Below are positions 1-9,481 of a stretch of DNA of 34,360 bases, in pieces. The translations under genes were made by a program, and so were the position numbers. Position 1 is the first letter of the stretch. Every line of letters starts with the position of its first letter. Source of the DNA: an uncultured Spirochaetaceae bacterium (lineage in GTDB: Bacteria; Spirochaetota; Spirochaetia; SZUA-6; Bin103); assembly GCA_964618015.1 (NCBI GenBank), contig CAZTZA010000005.1, positions 16,113 to 50,472 on the forward strand, in the 5' to 3' direction. The notes under the pieces were generated by a model, which made no database searches, was not told the origin of the DNA, and worked only from the letters and a program-made list of their open reading frames with translations.

Positions 1-80
1 GGAGAGAAGGATTCGAACCTTCGAAGGCACATGCCAACAGATTTACAGTCTGCCCCCTTTGGCCACTCGGGAACCTCCCC
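1..80 (-). tRNA. tRNA-Tyr(GTA), last few 3' bases cut by window edge
   Basis: Reverse complement GGGGAGGTTCCCGAGTGGCCAAAGGGGGCAGACTGTAAATCTGTTGGCATGTGCCTTCGAAGGTTCGAATCCTTCTCTCC. Anticodon loop CTGTAAA, long variable arm, T-loop TTCGAAT. Confidence 0.96.
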
Positions 81-149
81 ACTGTCAAGGCGCCGAATGC
101 TCGCTCAGCCAGCGCCGGGTGTCAATACAAAAAACGAAAATAGGTATTC

Positions 150-222
150 AGCCACCTGTCGGGATCGAACCGACTACCTCAAGATTACAAATCTTGTGCT
201 CTACCGATTGAGCTAAGGTGGC
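150..222 (-). tRNA. tRNA-Thr(TGT), CCA not encoded
   Basis: Reverse complement GCCACCTTAGCTCAATCGGTAGAGCACAAGATTTGTAATCTTGAGGTAGTCGGTTCGATCCCGACAGGTGGCT. Anticodon stem CAAGA/TCTTG, loop TTTGTAA. Confidence 0.96.
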
Positions 223-260
223 GGTGCTCCCCTTCTCCTATCACAGAGCGCACCCACCGG

Positions 261-629
261 TCACGAGCTAACCGAATCATTAAGGTCCGGGCGGAGCATT
301 TGCGCACCTTCAAGATAAACTGGCACTGGCGTTCGACCACTTTTACTACGGTAGGTAAGGAGCAGTCGAATGATTCTTCCAATCTGCCCGTCGACCACGG
401 CCTCCTGCACACAGAATAGAGGAGCGTCATGATAGCCGTTCGCACGGACTGCAGTTGCAGGATTGGCCCGGGTCAAGTCCACTGTCAAAGAAAAGACAAT
501 GCTTATAATCTCATCTCGCGCCACCGAATTCTTGCTAAGCACCGCTTCTAATAGTCGAAGACCAGAAGATTTGATCATATCGGATTCGTTAGCGCTAACC
601 TGGATTGCACCCCGCACAGCTAATGTCAT
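261..629 (-). CDS. aroH: Chorismate mutase, AroH class
   Basis: 122 aa with AVRGAI, FSLTVDL..ANPATA, PLFCVQE and VYLEGAQMLRPDL motifs typical of AroH. Confidence 0.92.
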   Translation of the reverse strand: MTLAVRGAIQVSANESDMIKSSGLRLLEAVLSKNSVARDEIISIVFSLTVDLTRANPATAVRANGYHDAPLFCVQEAVVDGQIGRIIRLLLTYRSKSGRTPVPVYLEGAQMLRPDLNDSVSS

Positions 630-633
630 CGAT

Positions 634-1008
634 TTAGAGTAGGTGAACGGGTAGTGCCGGCGAATCGCCGAGCAGGGCTGAAATTATCCTTAAAGAAGCT
701 AGCAGCAGCAGAGCCGCTGCAGCAGCCAAAAGCGACAGAATAGTCGGTACTGCAGCGAACCGCCAACGGCCGGCGACCGTATGAACCATATAAAGAAAAC
801 ATGAGCAAAGCATAAATGCGGCGGAAAGCACGAGCCATACCTCCAAAACACCCAATAGCCAAAATAGCGTTGCATCCTCAAAGCGTTGCGCCGTGCCAAG
901 TGCGTATAAAAATAATAGCAATAAGGAACTTAGAAACAACACTACCGCAATTCGACCTATCGAAGGAGCGATCGTCGGCCGCTTAGAAATTGCCTGCTTT
1001 TCAGTCAC
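634..1008 (-). CDS. Hypothetical integral membrane protein (about 3 TM helices)
   Basis: 124 aa ORF with three long hydrophobic segments, 4 bp upstream of aroH on the same strand. Confidence 0.7.
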   Translation of the reverse strand: MTEKQAISKRPTIAPSIGRIAVVLFLSSLLLLFLYALGTAQRFEDATLFWLLGVLEVWLVLSAAFMLCSCFLYMVHTVAGRWRFAAVPTILSLLAAAAALLLLASLRIISALLGDSPALPVHLL

Positions 1009-1039
1009 GATATATGCCCTTTACGATATACTGCATAGT

Positions 1040-1876
1040 GTGAAGATTGCCATCATAATTATCCTGGCTGTTTCGGTAGCTATAGTATCGTTTTTCTTCG
1101 GCTGGGTAGAGTTGGCGCTCCCGGCTGGTACTCACGGCATAGCCTTTACTAAGTCTGGCGGCTGGGACAAGTCGCCTGTCGTCCCCGGAGGAGTAACTTG
1201 GCGTTGGGAGCGATTAATCCCAACCAACATGACTCTGTATAAATTTGATCTGACCCCCCGAGTGGTAGAAGGGAGTATCAGTGGAGCACTCCCTTCCGCA
1301 GACCGCTATGCCGCAGAGATCGACATCGATCCATCGCACTTCAACTATGATCTAAGGCTCATTTGTCAGCTAAGACTACGTGCCGAATACCTTCCTCAAC
1401 TAGTAGCTGAATCAGATCTACGCCCTGACAAGCTTTCAGCCTTGTACCAACAGACGGCATCAGCAGCGGCCGCCGCTGCGGTTACCGAGCTGCTCTCAGA
1501 AGAGATGCCAACACCATCCGTATCCATAGAAATGCTTGGGGACCAAGTACGACAATGGATCACCTTCAACCATCCTGAAATAGACGTGGTAAAGATCGAC
1601 CTGATCCCTCATTCGCTCCCAGACCCTGACCTTTACCTGCAAGCCAAAGCAGCATTCGCGTCTCGCATCGACTCCCAGCAGCACGCCCGTTTGGCGGTTT
1701 TGGACGAGATGGCACAGGCGCGTGAACAAGCTATTCAGCGGCTTGATTTGCTACAGATGTTCGGAGTTGTTCTAGATGATTTTCCACATTTGGTTGAGCT
1801 GCTGAGCAGTGACCCTCACCTTCTTAGTCAGGTGCTCCAGCAGGTTATGGGGGTAGCGGAGAATCCGTCGAACTAA
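1040..1876 (+). CDS. Membrane-anchored hypothetical protein, possibly SPFH/band-7-like
   Basis: Likely start is GTG 1040 (the track start at 893 overlaps the divergent gene). N-terminal TM anchor, then FFFGW..GIAFTKSGG..WRWERLIPTN, then a helical C-terminus. The SPFH resemblance is inference. Confidence 0.7.
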   Translation: MKIAIIIILAVSVAIVSFFFGWVELALPAGTHGIAFTKSGGWDKSPVVPGGVTWRWERLIPTNMTLYKFDLTPRVVEGSISGALPSADRYAAEIDIDPSHFNYDLRLICQLRLRAEYLPQLVAESDLRPDKLSALYQQTASAAAAAAVTELLSEEMPTPSVSIEMLGDQVRQWITFNHPEIDVVKIDLIPHSLPDPDLYLQAKAAFASRIDSQQHARLAVLDEMAQAREQAIQRLDLLQMFGVVLDDFPHLVELLSSDPHLLSQVLQQVMGVAENPSN

Positions 1877-2483
1877 GCATCCGCACCATCAGGACTGCAC
1901 CCGACACCACATGTACTTTAAAAGGTGTGCTGGTAATAATATTGCTAACGCCTCCTTCTCCAGGAGTCCAGCGCATGTCATCTAGCGGCCAGCGAAGCCC
2001 TTGTGAATACTCAATTTCCGCCCCGGCCGACAGAGCCATAAACGAAACGGTCTGGCCAATCAACCCTGCGAAGACATCAGTCCCACGAATTACCTCTACA
2101 TGTTCGGCAGCCGTGACCCAGCATAGTGATAAAGTCATCCGCTCAAAAAGTCCAACAATATGAAGAATATGATCCAGTCTGCCACCGCCTCCCCCTGCAA
2201 TTACCACACGATCACAGCCACGTTCCTTGAGTACCTGAAGTCCCAGCTCAGTATCGGTCAAGGACTTGTCACGGGGAAATCTCCTCACTTTCCACTCTGG
2301 AAATGAGCAATCTCTCACCGAATCCATATCCCCTACGATGAGTTCGGGCTCGATCCCCAAGGAAAGCGCAAGGTCATACCCAGAATCTGCCGCAACGATC
2401 GGTCCGATTGAACTAAGGAAAGGATTTAAGTCGGCTCGACTGGGACCATCACCCCCAGTTAGTAGTAGACCAGTTAGAGACAT
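1845..2483 (-). CDS. thiN: Thiamine diphosphokinase
   Basis: AADSG, GDMDS, DKSLTDTE, GGRLDH, GLRWPL and GVSN motifs. Likely start is ATG 2483 (MSLTGLLLTGG). Confidence 0.92.
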   Translation of the reverse strand: MSLTGLLLTGGDGPSRADLNPFLSSIGPIVAADSGYDLALSLGIEPELIVGDMDSVRDCSFPEWKVRRFPRDKSLTDTELGLQVLKERGCDRVVIAGGGGGRLDHILHIVGLFERMTLSLCWVTAAEHVEVIRGTDVFAGLIGQTVSFMALSAGAEIEYSQGLRWPLDDMRWTPGEGGVSNIITSTPFKVHVVSGAVLMVRMLSSTDSPLPP

Positions 2484-2593
2484 ATGGAAGAAAAGATAAC
2501 CGCACTTATTATGAAGAACTACCCCACTTACTTGTACAAAAACTCCTGCCACCACAACACCTCCGTTTCCGGTACTCTTCAGCAGAACATCTA

Positions 2594-3946
2594 ATGGAAA
2601 CCAAGAACGTGCAGCAAACTTTGATGTCATCAGTCCCACATCGAGTACATCGCTTCGCCCGTGTCCTCACTGAATCAACTCATGCCGTCTATCTGGTCGG
2701 AGGTGCCGTACGCAATCTATTGATAGGGCGACCACCAGAAGACTGGGATATCGCGACGAATGCCACTCCCCAGCAGGTGCAAAAACTTTACCGACGAACC
2801 ATTCCCACTGGCATCCATCATGGAACTATTACGGTACTATTTGCCGGCGAGCGTTTTGAAGTAACTACGTTTCGCACTGAGTCAACCTACTCCGACAGTC
2901 GCCGACCTGATTCAGTCTACTTCGCTGATTCGATCGACGAAGACCTATCCCGACGGGATTTCACGATCAACGCAATTGCATTCGATCTATCATCCGGAAC
3001 GTTACACGACCCGCACGGAGGATGCCGCGACCTGTCGGCGAGACGACTGAGAACGGTGGGGAGCTCCTATGAACGTTTTAACGAAGATGGATTGCGTTTA
3101 TTTCGTGGCTGCAGATTAGTCGCAGAATTAGGGCTAACCGTCGATCAACAAACCGTCCAAGCAATGCGAGATTCGATACTTACTGCGAAACTGGTAGCAA
3201 GTGAGCGAATTTGCGAGGAACTACGACGACTACTGACTGCACGCGCCCCATCTGCTGGCCTTCACCTGCTTGACCGAACGGGGCTAATGGGACTGTGCTT
3301 CGGTAAACCGGCTGCCTCGACTTCTTCCATCTACTCCGACGAAGAGACTCTCATAGAGCGATATAGTTGCATCGATGAGGTGCCCGTTGACGTTGCGCAC
3401 CGCTTAGCAATGCTGATGGCCTCGTTCGCAATCTCAAAACCTGATACCGCATCGTCCGCTGACCAGACACGGAAAGTACTCCAACGGCTTCGCTTCCCTA
3501 ATTCTATAGTTGCTCGGGTGGGAAAAGCGATTGACAGTCTGGCATTCCCGCTCACCGCCGATAGCTCTGATGCCGACATTCGAAGATTACTATCCTCTAT
3601 TGGACGGTCAGCTGCAGAAGACGCTATCGCCGTACGAAAGATAATCAAAATAATCGACGCAAAACTGGCTAACCGAGTTCGGGCTCAAGCAGAAACCCCC
3701 CATCCACTTTCAATTCCAGAACTCTTGATCGATGGAAAAAATCTCCAGGAGGAATTTGGACTTAAGCCTGGCCCAGTAATCGGACGCCTGTTGAACGCCT
3801 TGCTGCAAGAGGTACTAGAGGACCCTAGTGCAAACCACCGCAGCGGACTATTAGATAGCGCCAACGCCCTACTTCAGCTAGCGCCGGCGGACTGGCCTGA
3901 CTTCGAATCTAACGAACATGAATCCGATTCTGCTAAATCTACGTAG
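2594..3946 (+). CDS. cca: CCA tRNA nucleotidyltransferase (class II)
   Basis: VGGAVRN, DWDIAT, RRDFTINA, EDGLR and ERI motifs. The flexible loop (RTESTYSDSRRP) is present. Confidence 0.9.
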   Translation: METKNVQQTLMSSVPHRVHRFARVLTESTHAVYLVGGAVRNLLIGRPPEDWDIATNATPQQVQKLYRRTIPTGIHHGTITVLFAGERFEVTTFRTESTYSDSRRPDSVYFADSIDEDLSRRDFTINAIAFDLSSGTLHDPHGGCRDLSARRLRTVGSSYERFNEDGLRLFRGCRLVAELGLTVDQQTVQAMRDSILTAKLVASERICEELRRLLTARAPSAGLHLLDRTGLMGLCFGKPAASTSSIYSDEETLIERYSCIDEVPVDVAHRLAMLMASFAISKPDTASSADQTRKVLQRLRFPNSIVARVGKAIDSLAFPLTADSSDADIRRLLSSIGRSAAEDAIAVRKIIKIIDAKLANRVRAQAETPHPLSIPELLIDGKNLQEEFGLKPGPVIGRLLNALLQEVLEDPSANHRSGLLDSANALLQLAPADWPDFESNEHESDSAKST

Positions 3947-4692
3947 GCTATCTGTGCCACACGCTGCTCAGCAGCCTTCTTGTTCTTCCCTTCGGATGGG
4001 CCATACGACCGACCGTCCACCAATACTTCCATGACAAAAACCTGATCGTGATCAGGCCCGTAGCGATCAGTGACCCGGTACTTTGGAAAAGAGTGAAACC
4101 GCTTCTGCGCCAACTCCTGCAGAAGCGTCTTGTAGTCTCGACGATGTCTTCCAGCAATAACGCTCTCGACCTCCGGCGAGACAATATCCCTTATAAAACG
4201 TTCAGCAACTCGCAGGCCGCAATCCAGATGGCAGGCTCCTATAAGTGCTTCTAGCGCATCGGCTAGCAGCGCACTCTTAGAGCGACCCCCTGATCGCTCT
4301 TCACCTCTGCCTAGAAGGAGGTACCGATCAATGGCTATCCGACGGGCAATCTGAGATAGACTCTCCTCACTCACGACAACTGATTTCACACGGGCAAGAT
4401 CACCCTCCGGCAATCCAGCCAGACGCTGATAGAGGAACTGACTGACCACCAACCCCAACACGGCATCACCAAGGAATTCAAGGCGCTCGTTCGATTCCGA
4501 ACCGGACTCCACGGCATAGGAACTATGACAAAATGCCAAGTTTAAGAGCCTCTCATCATGGAAGCGAACCCCAATGCTACGCTGGAGGTTCTGGAGCTGA
4601 GCACGACGCGAGGGCTCTACAGGAGGCAGTTCTTCATGAAAAGTGCTACTAGAGCGGAGCCGCCACTCGTTCAGGCGACTCAACGCTGACAC
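3874..4692 (-). CDS. rnc: Ribonuclease III
   Basis: NERLEFLGDAVL signature, ADALEA, and C-terminal dsRBD (DYKTLLQE...GPDH...KKAAEQ). Confidence 0.97.
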   Translation of the reverse strand: MSALSRLNEWRLRSSSTFHEELPPVEPSRRAQLQNLQRSIGVRFHDERLLNLAFCHSSYAVESGSESNERLEFLGDAVLGLVVSQFLYQRLAGLPEGDLARVKSVVVSEESLSQIARRIAIDRYLLLGRGEERSGGRSKSALLADALEALIGACHLDCGLRVAERFIRDIVSPEVESVIAGRHRRDYKTLLQELAQKRFHSFPKYRVTDRYGPDHDQVFVMEVLVDGRSYGPSEGKNKKAAEQRVAQIAYVDLAESDSCSLDSKSGQSAGAS

Positions 4693-4706
4693 TGGCTACG
4701 AAAAAA

Positions 4707-4946
4707 CTACTTAATCTGCGACTCGATGTAGACGAGCGCGTCCTTCACAGTCTCAAATTCGTTGGCCTTCTCATCAGGAATGGTAATACCAAGCTCTTCT
4801 TCAATAGCGTAGACAAGCTCATAGGTATCCAGGCTGTCTGCTCCAAGATCCTGGCGAAAAGAGGATTCAAGAGTTATCTTGTCTTCCTCGACTTCCAACC
4901 GGTCTGCGATCAATTTCTTCATTTTACTAACAAGTTCTTCGTTCAT
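4707..4946 (-). CDS. acpP: Acyl carrier protein
   Basis: DLGADSLD phosphopantetheine site. ATG 4946 is preceded by a GGAGGT SD. Confidence 0.97.
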   Translation of the reverse strand: MNEELVSKMKKLIADRLEVEEDKITLESSFRQDLGADSLDTYELVYAIEEELGITIPDEKANEFETVKDALVYIESQIK

Positions 4947-4977
4947 AGTCGGCACCTCCAAAAGAGAAATATCGGGG

Positions 4978-5166
4978 TTAGGCTATCTCTTCAGCTTTCA
5001 AGACCTGCTTTCCGCGGTAGTACCCGCATTTAGGGCAAACACGATGAAGCAGGACCCTATTACCACAAGTACGACACTCAGCAACCGACGGCGCAGCGAT
5101 CCGCATATTTACGGCGCGCCTACGCCTGCTACGTGATTTCGATGTTTTACGTGCTGGAACAGCCAT
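4978..5166 (-). CDS. rpmF: 50S ribosomal protein L32
   Basis: MAVPARKTSKSR...CRTCG...HRVCPKCGYY zinc-ribbon form. Confidence 0.97.
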   Translation of the reverse strand: MAVPARKTSKSRSRRRRAVNMRIAAPSVAECRTCGNRVLLHRVCPKCGYYRGKQVLKAEEIA

Positions 5167-5183
5167 ATGATTTCTGCGAAATC

Positions 5184-5213
5184 AATCTATTGTGAAGGAT
5201 ACACGTCTGTCAA
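5184..5213 (-). promoter_or_regulatory. Putative sigma70 promoter for rpmF-acpP-rnc
   Basis: TTGACA-N18-TAGATT on the minus strand, ending 17 bp before the rpmF ATG. Confidence 0.5.
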
Positions 5214-5241
5214 TATTACGAAATATAACTGAAGCAAATGC

Positions 5242-5544
5242 TCAGACGGCCCTTAAGGAACTTGCCAATCCGCGACGCCAGTCTGGCACAGAACTTTCCG
5301 ATTCGTACTGAATACGCTTTCGAATACGTGAACTTCCGCGCATAGGCTCAGTGTTAAAAATGCCAAACTCGCCTCCACCAATATAGCAGATCTCTTCATG
5401 AGGATTCAAAGATTCGCGTTCTTGGATTGACTGGATCACGCACTCAAAGTGAGCTGGCTCATCAGTTTCTGGCTCAACGAGCGCATGGACAAGATCATCC
5501 ACCGGCTCCGAGCAAATTGCACAAGGCGCACCCGCTCCAGTCAT
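5242..5544 (-). CDS. Conserved hypothetical protein with CxxC...HxxC putative zinc site
   Basis: CAIC...AHFEC...YIGGGEFG. Lies within the rplS-rpmF block. Confidence 0.75.
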   Translation of the reverse strand: MTGAGAPCAICSEPVDDLVHALVEPETDEPAHFECVIQSIQERESLNPHEEICYIGGGEFGIFNTEPMRGSSRIRKRIQYESESSVPDWRRGLASSLRAV

Positions 5545-5786
5545 TTTCGCTTTACCTTTGATAAATTTATTTTCACGTGATTTAAGTGCCGCCGACCCGT
5601 TTCATTTACAGCCCCTACCCACCAGACACTGATTAATCTGGCCCCGTCCTCGATCATCTGTGTTTACTGTTGGTTCTGACATCTCTGTGACACATCGTCA
5701 ACAAGAGACCCCAGTTGGGTAGTCTTGCGCACCAACACTGATATCGTCTCCAACGCCACTGTACGTCTACGGCTCCTTGGATAAGC

Positions 5787-6149
5787 TTAGCTTTTGCGCT
5801 TACGGAGTCGGCGCTCAGGTACTTTGGCCGCTTTCCCTATCCGTTCCCGTAGGTAAAACAGTTTAGCCCTGCGTACCCGACCGCGGCGCGGCACCTCAAG
5901 CTTAGCTATCTTAGGAGAGTGCAAAGGGAAGACACGCTCTACACCAACACCATACGAGATTTTACGAATAGTAAAAGTTGATCGCACGCCCGAACCCTTT
6001 TGCGCAATGCAAGTACCCTCGAACACCTGTGTTCGCTCGGTCTTACCCTCAATGATTCGAAAGTGGACACGAACCGTGTCTCCTATACTGAACTCCCCCG
6101 CATGAGACGTTTTCTGTTCAGCGTCGAATTCCTCAATTAACTGCTGCAT
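5787..6149 (-). CDS. rplS: 50S ribosomal protein L19
   Basis: [31 protein letters not shown] and [10 protein letters not shown] motifs. Start is ATG 6149 or TTG 6155. Confidence 0.97.
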   Translation of the reverse strand: MQQLIEEFDAEQKTSHAGEFSIGDTVRVHFRIIEGKTERTQVFEGTCIAQKGSGVRSTFTIRKISYGVGVERVFPLHSPKIAKLEVPRRGRVRRAKLFYLRERIGKAAKVPERRLRKRKS

Positions 6150-6151
6150 CT

Positions 6152-6838
6152 TCAATCACTCCTTCGCACTAAGTCTGGTCGCAAGCGGGCGGTTCGGTCA
6201 GTCGCCTGCTGGCGACGCCACTCCTGAATCCGAGCATGATCACCAGAAAGCAATACTGGCGGCACCGGAAAACTCCGGAAGACCGCCGGGCGAGTGTACT
6301 GCGGATACTCAAGCACGTCGCCCTCAAAACTCTCTTCAGATAGAGAATCAGGCTGAATCACCCCTGGCACCAACCTCGCAACCGTCTCAATGACAGCCAT
6401 TGCCGCTACCTCGCCCCCTATTAATACATAATCGCCTATAGAGAGCTCTTCGTCGACAAACAAATCGACTACACGCTGATCAACACCCTCGTAACGCCCT
6501 GCAAGCAATAGCAAGTCTCGCCCTTCATCAGCCCAGCGTCGCGCGTGATGTTGATCGAAAGGAACGCCACCCGCGGTTAGGTAGACTATTCGCGGCTTTT
6601 CCTCTTTCCGAATCAGAACTGATTCGATCGCACGGCTGACTGGCTCAGCCTTCAGCACCATCCCCGCACCACCACCGTACGGACTGTCATCACAGTTTTT
6701 GTGGGGAGCATCGCTGTAGTTGCGGATGTTAACTGCATCGATCGTAACCAGACCCCGAGTCACCGCACGACCAATAATGGAAGTTTCTGTAAAGGGAACT
6801 AACAGTTCTGGGAACAAAGTTAAAACCGTAAAGATCAT
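6152..6838 (-). CDS. trmD: tRNA (guanine-N1)-methyltransferase
   Basis: [35 protein letters not shown] and LEYPQYTRP motifs. Confidence 0.97.
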   Translation of the reverse strand: MIFTVLTLFPELLVPFTETSIIGRAVTRGLVTIDAVNIRNYSDAPHKNCDDSPYGGGAGMVLKAEPVSRAIESVLIRKEEKPRIVYLTAGGVPFDQHHARRWADEGRDLLLLAGRYEGVDQRVVDLFVDEELSIGDYVLIGGEVAAMAVIETVARLVPGVIQPDSLSEESFEGDVLEYPQYTRPAVFRSFPVPPVLLSGDHARIQEWRRQQATDRTARLRPDLVRRSD

Positions 6839-7371
6839 TGCAACCTGGCTCCGTCTACAAGTTCGATAACTCCCTCCTCTACGTTTGTAGATAGCACGAA
6901 ATGACGGTGAAATGGCACTAACACAGTCCGGCCTTCGTCAGTCACCGCCTCTAGCATATCTCCAGCCCCCGCTTCTATCACGGCCTGCACTGTACCCAAC
7001 ACATGACCATTTTGGTGCAACTCACAGCCCGAAAGATCGGCCAGGTAGTACTCGTTTGGACCCAGCGGCGCTGCAAAACACCGCTCCACCCAGATTTCTC
7101 TTCCTCTAAGCTCGGCTGCGGAGTCCCGATCATCAACGCCAGAGAGTTTCATCAATAGCGTGGGGACGTTAAGCCGAAATTCCTCTACGTCGTAGGACGC
7201 TGAAAGCAGCCCGTGGCCACGTAGCTCCACCACCCCTATTGAGGAAAAATGCTCCACCTCACCGGAGAAACTCTCGAACCGCAAAAAACCATGGACGCCG
7301 TGCGCCCGACGAATTTTCCCCACGGCAATCCGTGATTCCTGCCGCGCGCGGCGCCTGCCGCTTTCGCTCAT
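6835..7371 (-). CDS. rimM: Ribosome maturation factor RimM
   Basis: VGKI..AHGVHG, EYYLADL.G and LVPF motifs, located between khpA and trmD. Confidence 0.93.
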   Translation of the reverse strand: MSESGRRRARQESRIAVGKIRRAHGVHGFLRFESFSGEVEHFSSIGVVELRGHGLLSASYDVEEFRLNVPTLLMKLSGVDDRDSAAELRGREIWVERCFAAPLGPNEYYLADLSGCELHQNGHVLGTVQAVIEAGAGDMLEAVTDEGRTVLVPFHRHFVLSTNVEEGVIELVDGARLQ

Positions 7372-7374
7372 TAT

Positions 7375-7608
7375 TCAGTCATTATTCTCAAGAACGACTC
7401 GCTTACCGGTTTTCGTACCGGCGGCGCTCACGATGGTTCGAATTGCCTTAGCGATCCGACCTTGCTTGCCAATGACTTTGCCCAGGTCTCCGTCCGCGAC
7501 CTTCAACTCGATGATAGTTGACTTCTCGCCCTCCACCACAGCGACGTCAACACCGTCAGGTTCATCTACAAGCGCACGCGCAACGAACTCAACTAGCTCT
7601 TTTTCCAT
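7375..7608 (-). CDS. khpA: KH-domain RNA-binding protein KhpA (UPF0109)
   Basis: [23 protein letters not shown]. Canonical position after rpsP. Confidence 0.93.
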   Translation of the reverse strand: MEKELVEFVARALVDEPDGVDVAVVEGEKSTIIELKVADGDLGKVIGKQGRIAKAIRTIVSAAGTKTGKRVVLENND

Positions 7609-7624
7609 CGTTCACCTCCACGGT

Positions 7625-8002
7625 TCACACATCGGATGCGGATTTCTCTCCTTCAGGTGCTTCTGCAGACTCAGGTGCTTCTGCAGGGTTGGAGACCGCG
7701 GCCGCAGAGACATCCGCCTGTTCCTCAGGAATTTTCTCCGGCGCGACAGCTGACTGACCACCGCGTAATTGCTTGTTTAGAATCCTCTTTACCGTATTAG
7801 ATGGCCTCGCGCCCTTAGAAATCCATTCGTGTATGCGCACTGCATCAAGGACCGCTTGAGAACCCTCTGGCTCAGTTGGCTGGTAGCGCCCTACCTCCTC
7901 AATCACTCTGCCGTCACGAGGTCGTCGCGAATCGATAACAACAACCCTGTAAAAAGGGCGGTTCCTTGTACCATGTCGTTTGAGCCGAATTGCTACGCTC
8001 AT
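7625..8002 (-). CDS. rpsP: 30S ribosomal protein S16 with acidic C-terminal extension
   Basis: IRLKR.G....[16 protein letters not shown] and W..KGA.PS motifs. Ala/Glu/Pro-rich tail. Confidence 0.96.
   Translation of the reverse strand: MSVAIRLKRHGTRNRPFYRVVVIDSRRPRDGRVIEEVGRYQPTEPEGSQAVLDAVRIHEWISKGARPSNTVKRILNKQLRGGQSAVAPEKIPEEQADVSAAAVSNPAEAPESAEAPEGEKSASDV
7653..7686. repeat. Two copies of TCAGGTGCTTCTGCAG (18-bp period) in the rpsP tail
   Basis: Copies at 7653-7668 and 7671-7686, encoding AEAPE twice. Confidence 0.8.
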
Positions 8003-8032
8003 TTCCTTTGCTCCTATATCGAATATGCGTTG

Positions 8033-9388
8033 TCAGCCACGGGACCACGGAACGCTACGTCCAGCAACCTGAGCGGAGGTAGTCCCACTCGCGAAACCAC
8101 TCTTCGTCATTTTCCGCATGGTTGCTGACATCTTTTCAAACTTTTTTAGAAAACGGTTAACCGCAATCACTGTCGTCCCACTACCTCGCGCCACGCGAAG
8201 TCGTCTCGAAGGTCCAAGAATACGATAGTTTTCCCGTTCGGCCCACGTCATTGATAGTATCATTGCTTCTTCGATCTGTAGCACCCTTTCATCAATCGTA
8301 CCCTGACCCATTGCAGAGCGAGCTCCCGGAATCTTGTCAAGCACTGATTCTATACTACCCATCTTGCGTAAACCTCGGATCTGCTCCAGATAGTCGGCAA
8401 GTGTTAGAGTGGCCGAGCGCGCGCGGCGAAGCGTTCGCTCGGCTTGAGCGCTGTCCATTACCTTTTCGGCCTTTTCCACCAAACTAACTACATCACCCAT
8501 ACCGAGAATCTGCCCTGCAAATCGTTCAGAGTGAAAGAGTTCAAAATCCTCTAACTTTTCGCCAGTGCCAATAAAACAAATTGGCTTACCCGTGACGCCT
8601 TTCATCGAGAGAGCTGCTCCCCCGCGCGTATCAGAATCGGTCTTGGAAAGGATCGCACCTGTAATCCCTATCTGGTCGTTGAACCCGCGTGCAATCGTTG
8701 CCGCGGCCTGTCCGGTCATCGCGTCGGCAACTAGTAATGTTTGATCTGGTTCGAGTACATCTCTAACCTGTCTAAGCTCCTGCATCAGCATTTCGTCGGC
8801 TTGACTACGGCCGGATGTATCCACAATCAATACATCATGCCCTCTCTGACGACCATGAATAACACCCGCTTCTGTTACCTCAGAGGCGTTTTCGAGGTCC
8901 AAGGCCGTAAACACTTCTACGCGAATAGCCTTGCCAAGGAGGGCCAATTGTTCAATGGCGGCTGGTCGTGCACGGTCAGCAGCGATTAGCAATGGATTGC
9001 GGCCCTCAGATGCCAGACGTCGAGCCAGCTTGGCAGCGGTGGTTGTTTTACCTGATCCCTGCAATCCGAGCAAAAGAACTTTTGCTGGGGTCCCCGTACC
9101 AGAAAGATCAAATCCAGTTTCTTCCCCGCCAAGCATTTCAGTAAGACGTTGATGAACAGACCGCGTGAACTGGTCAGTTGCCGAGACTCCCTTCAGACGA
9201 CGATCGCCAAGGGACTGCTCCACCGTACGGTTGACGAAGCGGCGTACGACGCGCACATTCACGTCAGCTTCAAGAAGCGCGTTTTTAATCTCTGTGATGG
9301 CGTCCCGAATGTTTCGCTCTGTGAGCTGCTTACGCGTTGTCACATTCCGGAGCACGTCAACGAGACGTGAGCTCAAGCTATTCTGCAT
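8033..9388 (-). CDS. ffh: Signal recognition particle protein
   Basis: ALLEADV, GLQGSGKTT, DTSGR, DAMTGQ, DSDTRGG, ILGMGD and M-domain SMT..ER. Likely start is ATG 9388. Confidence 0.96.
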   Translation of the reverse strand: MQNSLSSRLVDVLRNVTTRKQLTERNIRDAITEIKNALLEADVNVRVVRRFVNRTVEQSLGDRRLKGVSATDQFTRSVHQRLTEMLGGEETGFDLSGTGTPAKVLLLGLQGSGKTTTAAKLARRLASEGRNPLLIAADRARPAAIEQLALLGKAIRVEVFTALDLENASEVTEAGVIHGRQRGHDVLIVDTSGRSQADEMLMQELRQVRDVLEPDQTLLVADAMTGQAAATIARGFNDQIGITGAILSKTDSDTRGGAALSMKGVTGKPICFIGTGEKLEDFELFHSERFAGQILGMGDVVSLVEKAEKVMDSAQAERTLRRARSATLTLADYLEQIRGLRKMGSIESVLDKIPGARSAMGQGTIDERVLQIEEAMILSMTWAERENYRILGPSRRLRVARGSGTTVIAVNRFLKKFEKMSATMRKMTKSGFASGTTSAQVAGRSVPWSRG

Positions 9389-9400
9389 GCGCAGGGGAGG

Positions 9401-9430
9401 AATATATCGGCCGCTTTTCCGAGCTGTCAA
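9401..9430 (-). promoter_or_regulatory. Putative sigma70 promoter of the ffh operon
   Basis: TTGACA(9430-9425)-N18-TATATT(9406-9401), 12 bp before ATG 9388. The track's TTG 'start' coincides with the -35 box. Confidence 0.55.
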
Positions 9431-9481
9431 TTAATCATTGGGACCAATCGGCCTTACCAGTGGCATAATATAGTGGTTTAT

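Noticed and set aside
2484-2593. TPP riboswitch upstream of thiamine diphosphokinase
   Set aside because: No GCUGAGA or other THI-box core motifs on either strand.
7375-7395. KhpA C-terminus VLENND instead of the usual VLEI(I/L)D
   Set aside because: Two terminal substitutions with the length preserved. Could be drift or error and has no clear consequence.
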